A stretch of 64,000 nucleotides of DNA from Eledone cirrhosa (taxonomy: Eukaryota), in assembly GCA_964016885.1 (NCBI GenBank), contig CAXHJY010000744.1:78895-142894 (forward strand), in the 5' to 3' direction. Position 1 is the first letter of the stretch. Each line of letters opens with the position of its first letter. Both the position numbers and the translations under genes were made by a program. Shown piece after piece: positions 13,107 to 28,110 of the stretch. The notes under the pieces are model-generated. The model did no database searches. It was given only the letters and a program-made list of their open reading frames with translations, and was not told where the DNA came from.

Positions 13107-13195
13107 AGTATTAACAATTGTTTCATTGATCAGGTGAAGTTGCGTTACTCGACCTTAAATACAGTGTTTACCTCTGATCAAATACTCAGAATACT
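13107..13195 (-). ncRNA. Hammerhead-like motif (core CTGAGTA, long stem II)
   Basis: agtatt-CTGAGTA-t-ttgatcag[..]ctgatcaa-t-GAAA-caattg-TT-aatact. Confidence 0.55.
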
Positions 13196-13399
13196 AGAGA
13201 ACTCACATATGGCAATGGTATATGTAGAGATACAGCGTAGAATCAAAACAATAACATCAATAATAAAATATTATTCAATGTAAAATGTAATGCATGAAAA
13301 ATTGGAAAATATTATTTTTTGTAATATATCAAATCAAAATGACATTATTAAATCTTATTCTTATTTTGTTTCTTGTAAATAATTTTTTTTCATAATATC

Positions 13400-13805
13400 A
13401 ATTCAAAACTTTTGTGAATAGGCATCATATCTTGTTTAACCCCCATTAGGGTGTTTTATTATTATTGAAATTTGCTGAAATTTTATGAATAGGCATCATA
13501 TCTTGTCATTCACCTATGGTTTAAATTTCATATAAATCGAAGGGAAAAAAGTTTCTGCGGGGGTTTTGTGCCTCCGGGGATCCCTTTGATGAAAATGAAA
13601 TATACTTATCCAAGTACCCTGGGCAATGTAGTTTCAGAATATATATGGTTATGGGGGTCTATCTCCAAAACCATAGGAGTAGTTCGTGAACAAACAAACA
13701 AACAAATAGACAGGAATAAAACTTTATATATATATATATTTCAGGATAGAACTAGTTTGGAACTAGCAGTTGAATCGGCAAGAGCTCAGCCGTGGGGTCC
13801 CGACT
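13400..13805 (+). mobile_element. Possible Helitron/HINE-like non-autonomous remnant
   Basis: Ends in (AAAC)n then ctttatatata; ACTAGCAG start-like motif at about 13762; recognition only. Confidence 0.3.
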
Positions 13806-14069
13806 CTTTATAATATATATATATATTAATGTGGTATATCTATTCTTGTATCTACCCTGTTTATATACTACCAATAAAGATTCTAACTTCAGTTTTTCCG
13901 AAGAAGACAGTCTGATCGAACCTGTAAATGAAGTCTGATAGTATACAGTTATATAACTGTTATAGATCAGTCAATATGATCAACCCCCCAAAATGATCAT
14001 AAAACAATGATATGAATAGGTAAAATAATTTGACTTTGTTGTTATTATTTTCATTGTTAAATTAATATC

Positions 14070-14071
14070 TA

Positions 14072-14122
<51 letters not shown>

Positions 14123-14265
14123 TATATGTATGTATATATATATATGTATGTATATATATATATATGTATGTATATATATATGTATGTATATATATATATG
14201 TATGTATATATATATATATGTATGTATATATATATATATGTATGTATATATATATATATACATAC

Positions 14266-14304
<39 letters not shown>

Positions 14305-14474
14305 TATATGTATATATATGTATATATATATATATATATATGTATGTATATATATATATATGTATATATATGTATATATATATATATATATGTATGTATA
14401 TATATATATATTTATGTATGTATATATATATGTATATATATATATATATATGTATGTATATATATATATATATG

Positions 14475-14557
<83 letters not shown>
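14070..14557. repeat. (TA)n/(TATG)n compound microsatellite
   Basis: Direct reading. Confidence 0.95.
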
Positions 14558-14558
<1 letters not shown>

Positions 14559-16847
14559 AAAAACTTTGAACTTTGAATAACTTTGAAATGTTTTGGCCAG
14601 TATTGGCCCAGGCCATGTCTAACTTAATAGCACCACCTGGCGAAGACTTTCAATTCAGGATTTGGGCACCATGGCCCATTCGAGAAGAGAATTACTGTTT
14701 GCGGAGACATATCTGGGTGTGGGTGGTTTGTCCGGGATTACTTGGAGGAATTTGTCCAAAGACTTCTTGAATTTTGTGTGGTCAGTTTCTGTTTTGACGT
14801 GTCCTGGTGTGATGTTGAAGAGAGCAGGGCCAATTGAGGTGAAATAATTGTGCCGTATTGTTGTTATGAGTTGCGATTTAGATTTTTGTATGGGACGGAT
14901 AGCACGGGGCCCAAGCCTTGGGTGTATCTTGAAGGCGATGCCAACATCATTTGGGCAGTGATGATGGAACATTTTCCACATCATGCAGATAATATAACGC
15001 TCACGGCGACGTTGGAGTGAGTAAAGTTTCAGCTTTTCTAGTCGACCCCAGTAGTCAAGGTCTGACATGCCATCTATCTTTTTCGTGATTGCCCTTTGAG
15101 GAGCTTCAAGTTTCATGATACTTTGTTTCGTGTGGGGAGACCACAGTGGACAACAGTATTCAAGGTGTGGTCGGGCAAAAGTAGAGAAGAGAAGGATAAT
15201 GGTGTGGGAATCTCTTGACTGGAAGGTTCTGAGGATCCAGGAACACATTCTGCGGGCCATGTCAACTTTGCTGCTTATATGCGTGGCCCAGCTTATGTTG
15301 CTGTCCACGGTTACTCCCAAGTCTCTGATGTTGTTAGATGCCACGAGAGTTTCCCCGGAGGGAAGGGAGTACGGGAGTTTCAGAGCATCCTCTTTTCCAA
15401 AGTGGATCAGTTCGAATTTGTCTTCGTTCAGTAACATGTTGTTCTTTTCCGCCCATTGGGTAACAGCCAGTAGGTCTGACTGAAGGCTTATCCGGTCATC
15501 CACGCCATTGATGACCTTTTGGAGCTTGGAATCATCAGCGAAAATTTTAATATTGCTGTGTTTGATGATGTCAGTGATGTCATTAATATAGATGATGAAG
15601 AGAAGTGGGCCCAACACAGTGCCTTGTGGGACCCCACTACTGACTTTGGCTGGGCTGGATTTGACTCCTTCAACTACAACATGTTGGGTTCTGTTTGACA
15701 GGAAGCTCTTGATCCACTGCAGCAGCTTTCCAGTGACACCAATATTGGACAGTTTTCTCAGTAGAATGTTATGATCAACCCTGTCAAAGGCCTTGCTGAA
15801 ATCAAGGTAGATAACATCAGTGTTGGAACCCTCTCCCAAGGCTCTCAAAATGTCATCAAAGTGATGCAGTAGATGCGTCAGGCAATCCCTTCCATTACGG
15901 AATCCATGCTGGTTGGAGTTCAGCATATTGTTACTCTCAAAGAAGTGGGTCATTCGCGATCTCACCACTCTCTCAAATACCTTAATGATATGAGAGGTGA
16001 GTTAGATTGGACGGTAATTCACGGCAAGGGATTTGTTTCCTTTTTTGAAAACTGGGACAACAGACTGGGATAGAAGGTTTTCTGGCACATATCCAGCATC
16101 CAGTGAGTTCCGCCACAGATTGGCAAGAGGAGATGCAAGTTGGTGTTGACACACCTTCAAGACACAAGCAGGGAACCTATCGGGACCTACTGCTGAATTA
16201 TGCTTGATTTCCTTTATTGCCACTAAGACATCAGGGGCGCCAAACGTTATGTCCGATAAGGTGTAATGGGGAGTAACATCGCCGATACAGCCCAGATCGG
16301 CCATATCAGGATTGCTGAAAACAGAGCAGTATTGTTTCTGCAGTATCTCACCCATGGTTTTAGCATTGTCTTGAAGAGTGCCATTTTCATCAATTAGAGG
16401 GCCAACAGTAGAGCCAGTGATTTTGTGTTTTTTTGCAAATGAAAAGAACACTTTGGGATTGAGTTTGATCTTCTCAATGGCCCAGGCCTCTTCAGCTCTT
16501 CTCTGATTGTTGATGAGAGACATTATGTTGTTTTGGAGGTTATGTTTTTTAATATCTAGTGATGAAATGGCAGTCAAGTTGATGTGTTGCTGCTGACAGT
16601 ATTTCAGCTTGTTGATTTTTTTGTTCGTTCTCTTAATTTTTCTGATGAGCGTTTTTCTATTTCTAGGGATTCTGCTCTTAGATTTGTTTATAGTTCTTAA
16701 TGGGGTGTGTTTTGCACATATGTTTGTAACAGTGTCCACAAATGTCTGCCAGGACTTTTTGATGTTAGTGGGTGTATGAGTGTGCGTGAAGGACCAGTCG
16801 ACATGTGCAAGATCATGACTGATCGCTTCCCAGTTTGCATTGTGGAA
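14558..16847 (-). mobile_element. 5'-truncated CR1-group LINE (RT), one in-frame stop
   Basis: [69 protein letters not shown]; short tandem tail (ttcaaag-like) at 14560-14590. Confidence 0.92.
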
Positions 16848-18261
<1,414 letters not shown>

Positions 18262-18877
18262 CCACGTGTATTTACAAGCATATATTGTGTATGTGTACAC
18301 GCCTGTGTATATAAAAGTTGGGAATTAACATACATTTGTTTACAAATGTTAGAAATTGGACATTAATATCATTTTCGCAGGATAATTGTTTTCGAGAAAA
18401 GTTTAGAAAACAGATTTGCGATAGTTTAGTGGTGAGTAAACAATGAACGCATGATATTATCAAACTAAATATTCCATTGTTGACTCTACACCTTGTCTGA
18501 TTATATAATTTGAAATGAATATAATTCTAAGCACTTGGAATACACTGTGGTAACATTGGTAATATTTGAACAAGTTTGTAACTTTCTCCAAGACCATTCT
18601 AATATTGTTTGTGCCTTTTCTCCTAGCAGCTTCGCCTTCTAATTTATTTTCAAGCATCACTTACTGTACAGTATTCACGGTAATGACATCGCTTAACTAA
18701 GCAATAGTAGCTAAGTAATAATACATTGGGGATAATAATAGCATAAAAATGTAATTTCCTTACAGAAATCCCATCTACACAATTCGAACTCATGATATAC
18801 CCATGTACACCATGTATAACTAACTAATGCACATAAAATCACATCAAAGCAACGTATAATATATCAAAAATATATCT

Positions 18878-19177
18878 TACGAGGGTCGTAATAATAAACT
18901 CCCAACCGTCTTCATGAGAAAATAACGTATCTTTATCAAAACACTATTAACAAATCATGTATACGAAAATCCGACGAGCGCACATTACACGTCTGTATTC
19001 CAGCCATATCAACCGGGAGCTGACGCAGCCTACCGGCGCGAAAATTTTCACACATCCACAGAAAGGATGGCGTCATCTCTCACTCAAAGGATTTTGCCCA
19101 CATGGCGGTAGTTTTTTTTTTTGGGGGGGGGGGGGGGGGGGAGAATAAAGCCGGATACTTTTTGAACGCACCTCGTA
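18878..19177. mobile_element. Mariner-like MITE remnant
   Basis: Ends TA-CGAGG ... CCTCG-TA; right end reads tacgaggtgcgttcaaaaagtatccg on the minus strand. Confidence 0.5.
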
Positions 19178-19846
19178 GATAAGCATGACAAGCCAGCTGA
19201 AAATGTTGGAGTCCTGCATAGACTTCAATGGATTGGCCTCTTAGTCGCTGAAAAAAAACAGGAATAAGCACAGGCTTGATGGACATCCGATATTGGGATA
19301 GACTTCAACCTTTTTTTTAATAGAGAGCAGCAGAAGGCATTGAACTCAATGCTTTACGATGACTGCAAAGAGAACCTCTTTACCACACAGCCATCTATGC
19401 ATCCAAGTTAAAGTGTTTCCCCTCCCTGATAGTTCCTGTGCGATATAAAATGCAGTAGGATGGACTAGTCCACGGCGTCACGTAGTGGATCGAAACCAAG
19501 GCCTTATAACTGTAAAACGAGTCTCTTTACCCCACAGCCAGTCCAACATGCAAGTTTCCACGTATCAATGTCTTGAGATATTTTGTTGCAGTATATGATG
19601 GACTGTTATGTGGTTGTTTACTTTTCTTTGTGTAGCCCACACGAATCTGATTGATGCCACATTCTTTATCATTTATTTCACGTATTTAGTTTCTAAGATT
19701 TATTACTGGGGAAATAAATGATGGAGCTGATTTTCCTGCGATCCAAGTTCTAGTGTACGAACATGTTTTATCTAAAACATTAAACACATCAGTGAAAGCG
19801 TGGTGGAGAGATGTTTCCTTTAGCAAGAAACTTTATTTCAAGTTAT

Positions 19847-20248
19847 ATCAGTTCATTCAGCTAATAAAAATTAGTTGTACATGTAATCCAGAGGACCTGT
19901 CTTGTCGCACACACACTTACGCTGAATCTCCCTGAGGGTGCATGTATATCAGTTCATTCAGCTGATAAAAATGAGTCGTACCTGTAATTCAGAAGGCATG
20001 CCTTGTCACACACATACCGTCGCGCTGAATCTCCCTGAGGGTTCCTGTGTATCAGTTCATTCAGCTGACAAAAATGAGTCGTACCTGTAATTCAGAGGGC
20101 CAGTTATGCCATACGCACCGTCACGCTGAATCTCCCTGAGGGGTACTAGTATGTGTGGAATGGCTCAACCACTTGTACGTTAATTTCACGAGCAGGCTGC
20201 TCTGTTGATCAAACAAATGGAACACTCATCGTAGATACCGACGGATAT
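19847..20248 (+). repeat. SINE family B body with a triplicated ~102-bp internal segment
   Basis: atcagttcattcagct at 19847, 19948 and 20051; the third unit continues into the SINE 3' part. Confidence 0.85.
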
Positions 20249-21072
20249 CCCCTCAAACACTTCATCCTGTGTGGAGTTTTACTTAACCGTGATTCCCTCG
20301 AGCGATTTTGACTTTTGTTTTTTACAATTTTAAGATTCCACTAGATTTCCTTGCATGTACCATTAATTCTTTCCTCATTCATTATCATCTCATTTAACCA
20401 TCTCGAAAATTCAGAGTTTGCCCTTCCCTTGTGTTAAACATTGCAGCATTTGCTTGCCTTCTTCTTCTTCACTATGCGTTCTTTCTTTCCTCCCCCCTTT
20501 TTTTCTTCTTCTTCATTTTGAGCTTCCTCTTCTCAAACACAACTTCGTTGTAATTGCTCCAACGTAGTGGCAGATCTGTTTTGAATTAAGATATTTTATC
20601 TACATATATTATTGGGTTAATTATTTCACATCAGAAGTTTGCTTCAGCGAGAAAACTACTTTAAAATATAAAACAACAGTGTAGATTTTTAAAAAGTAGC
20701 AAAAAAAAATTAATTTAAAAAATATAAATAAAAAAATAAAAAAAATAAATTTAAAAAAAAAATATATATATATAGATTATTTTAGATATGCTAACTATCA
20801 CTGTTTTAATATCATTTTGCATTATGCATATTATAAGGATTCTTTGTCCAACGGCTAGGCTTAAATCGTTTCGATAGCAAATGAGAAATAGATTTAATTG
20901 ACTTAATTTAAGTCTATCTCTGCAGGAGCAAAGCTATATGCTGATTAACAGACGTTGGGAAAGTGGAGAGGAAATAACGCAATGAAAGTACAAACAAAAG
21001 AAAATATCAAAAGATCAAAATCAAAGACATGACAAGAATGAAATGGAATTGAAACAGTCACTAAAGTCATTG

Positions 21073-21286
21073 AATAATGGTTGCTCAGTCAGGCACAAGG
21101 CCAGCAATTTGAGGGGAGAGGAAAGTTGATTAAATCCACCCCAGTGCATTACTGGCACTTTTATTTTATCGACCCCGTAAGGATGAAAGGCAAAGCTAAC
21201 CTCGACGGGATTTGAACTCAGAACATAAAGGACCATAACTCTATGCTGCAAAGCATGGTGTTTGACGCTCTACTGATACAGCCAAA
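21073..21286 (-). mobile_element. SINE family A
   Basis: Matches the family consensus in this window. Confidence 0.85.
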
Positions 21287-21767
21287 TGTGGTTTAATCAT
21301 CTAGATATTTGTTATAGAAAAATTATTTTTATGGGATGGGCTTGGCTAGTGTTTATTTCTGTGTTCACTTATCTTGATTAGTTTTCGTGGCTCTGGTGTT
21401 TTGTCAATGTAGATCTGTCTCCGACTATCTGGACGTTGTTTCTCCGTGTGTTCAGGATATTTGTGACAATATGTATCAAAGGCAATCGGTAACAACAAGG
21501 AAGCCACTGCCTGATCACTCAACCTGCAGGAAATAATAACCAACTCTTCCTCAATATCACATTATAACGTCTTGAACACAGGAGGAAAAAGTAAAGAGGA
21601 GAGAATAGGGTGAAAGAGGTGTATGGAACTAGAAAAAAGGGTGTGGAAAGGTGTTCTGACAAAATGGCAACACCAGAGATAGTCAGTTGTAGAAATCTTC
21701 AATCGAGCTACATACAAATTTTGTGATGTAACGGACGTGAGAATAAGTACTCCATACCGAAGTTGAG

Positions 21768-21988
21768 TTACTCTTTAAACCGGCCATATCCGGCTAGAAT
21801 TATCTCATATCTTTCTGTTCAAACCGGCTCGAACCAGCCACTCGTACTTATGTTAAGATATTGTTCTCAAAATGAATATTATCAAAATCTCGTAGATTCG
21901 ATGTTATATGAGATAATTATGTGAGGTAAAGCCTTTACTGTGAAAATACAATAGTAAATATAGAGTAATGTAAATGCTAAAGGGTTAA
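21768..21988. mobile_element. piggyBac-like non-autonomous remnant
   Basis: Right end aatgctaaaGGG-TTAA; left end degraded. Confidence 0.45.
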
Positions 21989-22015
21989 ATGGTGTTTACT
22001 ATGGTTATAAGATGA

Positions 22016-22069
22016 GTCTTGTTTACTCTGGAGTGTTACCTGTGTACTTGCAGAATAATCAGACAAGAC
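22016..22069 (-). ncRNA. Decayed hammerhead (paralog of 48046-48098)
   Basis: gtcttgt-CTGATTA-t-tctg..cagg-t-aaca-ctccagag-TA-aacaagac. Confidence 0.45.
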
Positions 22070-22599
22070 TGAATATTCAATGACAGAGACAGTATAAATA
22101 GGGGAAGACCTGGAGTGGAGGAGTGAGATTGGTTAGTGTTTGTGAATGGGTTTGAGATGTGTGGAGGGTGAATTTTAGGGAAGATGAGGACGGTAATAGA
22201 GATATGAGAAAGAAGAATACAAAGAAAATCGAGAGGGTGGGGTGGAAGAAAAGAAAAAAAAAGGAAAAGGAAAAGAAAACGAGTAAAGGAAAAATAAAGA
22301 AAAACAAGGAAAGAAAAAGAAAAAAAAAAAGAAAAAGAATGGGGTAAAAAAAGTAAGGAAAAAAAGGAGGAAACTAAAATAAAGATGTAGAAGGGGAGTG
22401 CTGACAAAAAGGCAGCACCAGAGATAGTGAGCTGTAGAAGCTTCTAGAGAATTGAAGATATTTATAAAAGATGATGATAATGAGAGGGAATAGAGGATAA
22501 AAATAAATAAAATAGAACGGCTTTGTAATAAACGGTTAATATTTGCTGAACAAGAAAAAATAATGAAATATTTCATATGTAAATATACTTTAGTTGTTG

Positions 22600-23095
22600 A
22601 AGTGACGTCCAAACGAGTATCTTCCACCACCAACTAACTTGCCCTCCACCAATGGGTCCTAGCTGGCAGGATGGAGAATGCATTACTCCGGAGGACGGTG
22701 AGGGAGACGCGCTGAAAAAGTCACTCCACATCGCGAGAATCGCACCTACGGGCGGCCAACTGGATATCTGTTAAATGGAATGCAAAAGAAACTTCTCGTA
22801 AATTAATGATGTTTATGATGATGATGATGATGATGATGATGGAAGCAGTTGATAGTGATGGTATTTAGGACGAGGAAGACAATAAATATTATATATACAT
22901 AATACATAGAGTGAGTGAAAATAGAGTGAGAAGTGAAACGAGTATTCCTCACCTTCATCTAACTCCGGCAGACAGGATGGAGAATACATTTCCCCGGAGG
23001 ATGGCGAGGGAGACGCACTGAAACAGCCACTCCACCTCGTGGGAATCGCACCTGTAGGCGGCCAACTGGAACAGCCACTTCACCTCGTGGGAGAT
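22600..23095 (+). mobile_element. Locally duplicated GC-rich fragment resembling an RTE-clade 5' region
   Basis: caggatggagaat..gagggagacgc.ctgaaa.ag.cactccac..gaatcgcacct..ggcggccaactgga at about 22667-22765 and 22973-23070. Confidence 0.5.
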
Positions 23096-23274
23096 GATGT
23101 TAAACAAAATAAATAAATTAGAATAAGTGCAAAATGTTTTATTTAATCAATTATACATAAACAAATTATGTCAACTATATTTTTCATAAAGAAGTTATAC
23201 AATGGTGAAAATATGAAAGATAAAAATAATTGAAATGATAAAGTAAATAAATTATGTGGGTATGTGAGAACAGC

Positions 23275-23825
23275 TCTGCCGAGAAGGCATGAGGCTGAAT
23301 TAAGTGCAAGAATTGCAGGAGCTTGTACGCCAGCTTCAGCATTCGGTAATCAACAGAAGCGAGGTAGGCGTAAAAGCCAAACTCACTATCTTCAGTTCGG
23401 TATTCGTGCCAATTCTAACCTATGGCGATGAATCTTGGGTAATGACCGAAAGAATACGATCGTGAATACAAGCGGCCGGAATGAGGATCCTCCGATAAAA
23501 TGTGTACCTCGGAGATCAGAGAGTCGCTCTGTACCGCTACTTCTCCGAATTGAGAAATCACAACTCCGATACTATGGGCATGTGGTTAGAATATCTCAGG
23601 AAAGAATCGCTGGACAGATTTTATGGACAAAACCAACTGGCAGAAGACCCAGGGGTAGACCCCGAGAAAAATGGTTGGATAACATCTATGAGTTTGCCTG
23701 TTCTCGCTTGGAGATTCAGCCCAATCAGTTAGAGATGGTTGCTTCTGACAGGACCCATTGGAAGGAGTGTTTGAGGAGGACTCTGTCCCCATGACCCTGT
23801 CAAGAAGAAGAAAAAGAAGAAGAAG
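23275..23825 (+). mobile_element. RTE-clade LINE 3' fragment
   Basis: VPILTYGDESW, QLRYYGHVVR, GRRPRGRPREKW; (GAA)n tail. Confidence 0.85.
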
Positions 23826-24071
23826 GGTATGTGAGTTTTTATCAATTAATGAGAATATATATGAATAACATTAAGGTATGGAGTCATGTGGTCAGCTGAA
23901 GAATGTTTAGTGAATAGATGACCGATGATGATATTGATAAAATTAGTGAAAATCAGTTAATGAATTAGAAGTTAAAGAAATAGTACAATTAGCAAAAGGC
24001 TCTTCTGATAAATATGGTAATGTTAAGAAACAGTAGGTAGTATTGGTGTATAACAATAGGGTTGATAAAAA

Positions 24072-24282
24072 TAATGGTTTCTGATTTAGGCACGAAGCCA
24101 ACAATTTGGGGGGATGAGAAAGTCGATTAGATTGACCCAGTGTGATACTGGTACTTTATTTTATCGACCGCGTCAGAATGAAAGGCAAAACTAACCTTGG
24201 CGAGATATGAACGCAGAGTGTAAAGGGCCATTAATTCTATGCTGCAAGGAATGTTGTCCAACGTTCTACCGATACTACCGCC
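24072..24282 (-). mobile_element. SINE family A (diverged)
   Basis: Matches the family consensus. Confidence 0.75.
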
Positions 24283-24939
24283 CTACTGGCGTGATAAAAG
24301 TAATGATGATAAAATAGTGATGATAGAAATATTCTGTAGTATACTACGACGACATGTATTCTACAATACTGTCAAAATCTATATTCCTAGCTGCAATGGA
24401 GATTACAGTAATAACAAAGATAATAGTGATAATTATAAAGATGGTGGAAATAATAATAGCAATGTTGATAATGATAAAGTAAATACGGACAGGAAAATAA
24501 TTTGAGAAAGAAGCGGTGATGGTGATGGTAGTAGCAATATTAATGAAAATATAAAATATAAAATATTGAATATTAGGGCTAATACTTATGCCCCGGGAAG
24601 CCAACATTCTCAGGATGTAGAGCTGAAAAATAATTGCAACGTTGGCTTGTCCATAGTCTACAAAGTTAGAAGACGTCAGAAACTAAATTCTTTACATAAT
24701 ATAGAAGCTAGAAGAATTACTGCAATATGTATTTCTCAAGATACAAAGTTTAAGAAGAATTTCTGATGTGTGGTACATAACATAGACTGCGGTTCTGGTA
24801 CACAAAAACAATCAGGTTTACATATTTGTGAGTGTGAGTTGGGTGTGTGTAAGTATTGGTGTGGAAAGGTCATCTGCTATTCGCACAATCCGGTACATAT
24901 CATTATTCTGTATGGTTAGGTGGTCCGTAAAAGCAGTAA

Positions 24940-25190
24940 TTATCTAGTATGAAGGTTGATGTCATGGATGTGCTTGAAGAGACACAAGTCAAAATTCTTT
25001 GTATGCAAACAAGGACAAAGTTGTTTTTCTCGTGAGTTCAGTATATTGGTTAATAAAGCGAAGATGTTTAGTTTTTCTGCCGTACATAAATTACATTTCG
25101 TGCCCCGTCTATTATACGCTTTCGCTTTCGCCACAATACAGCATTTGATGGCGAGATTTACTTTTGCAAAGATGTTGAGTTCTGCTATCA
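24940..25190 (-). pseudogene. PLE GIY-YIG C-terminal fragment
   Basis: AKAYNRRGTKCNLCTAEKLNI..ILNSR..CLH parallels KICNLCLNEKFTII..IINRR..CLH at 62110-62215. Confidence 0.7.
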
Positions 25191-25871
25191 CATTTCCTTG
25201 AACGTATTTAGGTGTTGAGAGAAACGGGATATGAAGATGTTTTCAGTCAGTCCTACACATTTTTACTCATACTTCTACTTTCGTAAATTTATAGAAAAGC
25301 ACCCACTGGTGTTCGGTACGAACATTTTTCCAAAGTTTTTCGTATGTTTTCAACTTAGCTGATCTTTAACTCACTTCCAATCGACTTTTTTCCGAAAACG
25401 AAAAGGATGAGACCGAGGGAAGAACGCTTGGAATTATGCACACTCGGAGTATTCTCTGACGGTTTTCAACGAATTTGACCTTAAACCAAGTCGGAAGTGA
25501 CTCGTTTCATAGAAAAGGAAGTGTGAGGGAGCCTTGAATTTTCGCTTTTGGAGGTTTCTTCGGTTTATGAGAATTTTTTCCCTATGATATTTCGTGTTTT
25601 CAACAAATCTGATTTGAAAACGAATAATTTCCAATGGTTTTAAAAGTCAGATTTTTTGAAAATATACAACTTTAAAGAAAGCTCGTTTCATCTAATCTCT
25701 AAATCTGTCGGAAGGGACCCTCGGAGTTTTCTTTACGGGTGTGTGTTTTAAGAAATATGATTTTTATAACCGTCGGAAATCATTCATTTTTTGTATTCAA
25801 CTGTACCTCACGACAAATGTCGAAATATTGTGGCTGCGAGAGGGGAGGGATAGATTTTGAGCTACAGTTAG

Positions 25872-25984
<113 letters not shown>

Positions 25985-26142
25985 GGTGGAGAGAGATAGC
26001 CGAACATACATAGGGACATGTAAATCACTTCCTGGTAGGTCAGCCATCTAAAGCAACACCAATAACACGTTTTGCCAATGTGTGTTTTTCTTTATGAAGT
26101 AGTCGTACTCGAACAGGAGTTGACTTCTACCATATATGTATG

Positions 26143-26662
26143 CCAGGTCACTCTTCAGCACTGCAGGTAACATGTACCTAGTACATGTGCATGGTCGGGT
26201 CGTCGGTGACTAAACCGGCATCCCCGCCAAGCTTGCTTGTGGGATGAAAAGCGAAACACGTTAAAGGGCGGAGAAACTCAGGAGAGTTAACGGCCATCCA
26301 ATAAAGTTTTTTTTTTTTTGTGGAGTGAGAAAGCCCCTTGTCTTCATTAAGACATCCCTTTAGGAGAAGGTAACTCTGATATAAAACCTGCGACTTCGTT
26401 TGCATCCAATGATGTAAACGAGTTCTACTTTTTGGGTAAATGTATTCTATGTTCAGTGAGTGGGATTGGCCCCGTACAAAGCCTTTCCTCACTTAAAATA
26501 GCTTCAAGCACTGGCATCACTTGATATGTGACATTTTTGGCGATGCATGGCATTGCTGGACATAGGCAAGTCCCTAATAGGACTAAAAAGCCACGTCCTT
26601 GATGCTCATGATTAAGTATGACGCGATGGCATTATTCGAAATCGAGTTGCAACCATGAACAT
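26143..26662 (+). mobile_element. Non-coding dispersed repeat (copy 1), RTE-5'UTR-like
   Basis: Colinear with 63393-63940; motif taggagaagg..ctctgatataaa. Confidence 0.75.
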
Positions 26663-27624
26663 CATGTATGTATGTATAGATGGATCTATGTATGGATGGG
26701 TGGATGTATGTATTAATGTATTAATGTATGTACACAAAAAAACATATATCACAATCTAGCCATTGATATCATTTTAAGAATACGTCTTCTTCTGCTTCCA
26801 TTTATCTATATGCAGAAGCTTACTACAAATTTATTTCATTTTTTTTAATCAGTTGTCATTAGAAATATTCGATAACTGATCGCATTGTCTCGATAATTAT
26901 ACTGATATGTTATTTTCATTGATATGTTAACTACAAGCGAATGATGAATTTTTAAAAAATCATTGATGAGGTTCACTATAGTTTTCTGTCTTCTATCCCT
27001 TTCTTAGTTATTAACTTCTTAAGCAGAAGAATTATTAACATTAAGAATTGAAAGAAAAATGTTATTATTATAAGAGCTATAATGAAACATATGTACTGTA
27101 CTACAAATATTATTTCGATTGTAATATTTTTTCCCTTATATGATTGCGTTCTCTTCCTCCTAATACGTAAACATAATTAACTACAGAAAAGAATGGAGTA
27201 AAAAAAATAGCGTCTTATATACATTAGGCTTTAGTTTCAGTGGTAGGTCTAATATGATACTCGGTTTTCTATCATGCTTGAACATCTTCAGGGTTGTTGT
27301 TATCACTAAGGCCAACTTGGCAGTCGCCTTGGGCGGAGACAACACAGAGGTGTATTACTAAATTTAAAGTATACAATAGATAATATCCTGCGATCAATAA
27401 ATAAATCACTAAACATCTTGGCTAGCGTTGTAGAATTATTCAAAGTAATAGAGAAGGTCGTATGGTGTTATGACGTGTCACAGAATTTAGCGTATATATG
27501 TATATAATCATATGTACAAGTCATAATTATACTCCGGAGTAAACAGACCAACTTGAGTAATTCGCTGAGTGCTCTACCCTGCATACAAAAGTGTCGATGA
27601 TCAACTAACACATACTTTAATTAA

Positions 27625-27635
27625 TTTATGTATGC

Positions 27636-27683
<48 letters not shown>

Positions 27684-27731
27684 ATATGTATCTTTATTTG
27701 TGTATGTGTGTATGTATGTATGTATGTATGT

Positions 27732-27765
<34 letters not shown>

Positions 27766-27768
27766 ATG

Positions 27769-27817
<49 letters not shown>

Positions 27818-27820
27818 ATG

Positions 27821-27869
<49 letters not shown>

Positions 27870-27871
27870 TA

Positions 27872-27920
<49 letters not shown>
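27625..27920. repeat. (TG)n/(TA)n microsatellites
   Basis: Direct reading. Confidence 0.95.
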
Positions 27921-27922
<2 letters not shown>

Positions 27923-27950
27923 GTAGTTCTACAACAGTTAGTTCACCATT

Positions 27951-27993
27951 ACTGAGAACAATTGTTTCACCTTATTCGCATCATCAGCTCGGT
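27951..27993 (-). ncRNA. Minimal hammerhead, weak stem II
   Basis: accgag-CTGATGA-tgcgaataaggt-GAAA-caattg-TT-ctcagt in a 150-bp island between (TA)n tracts. Confidence 0.55.
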
Positions 27994-28069
27994 TTAAATG
28001 AGGTTGTACCAAACTCGTCCCATCGACTGAGTACTCTACTACTACGGATATAATCCACCAGTGTTCTAC

Positions 28070-28110
<41 letters not shown>

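Noticed and set aside
13887-13933. CCGAAGA hammerhead-like motif
   Set aside because: Only GAA, with weak stems II and III; too degenerate to call
19847-20150. CRISPR-like repeat/spacer pattern
   Set aside because: Whole units are homologous with no unique spacers, no cas genes, and the context is a eukaryotic SINE
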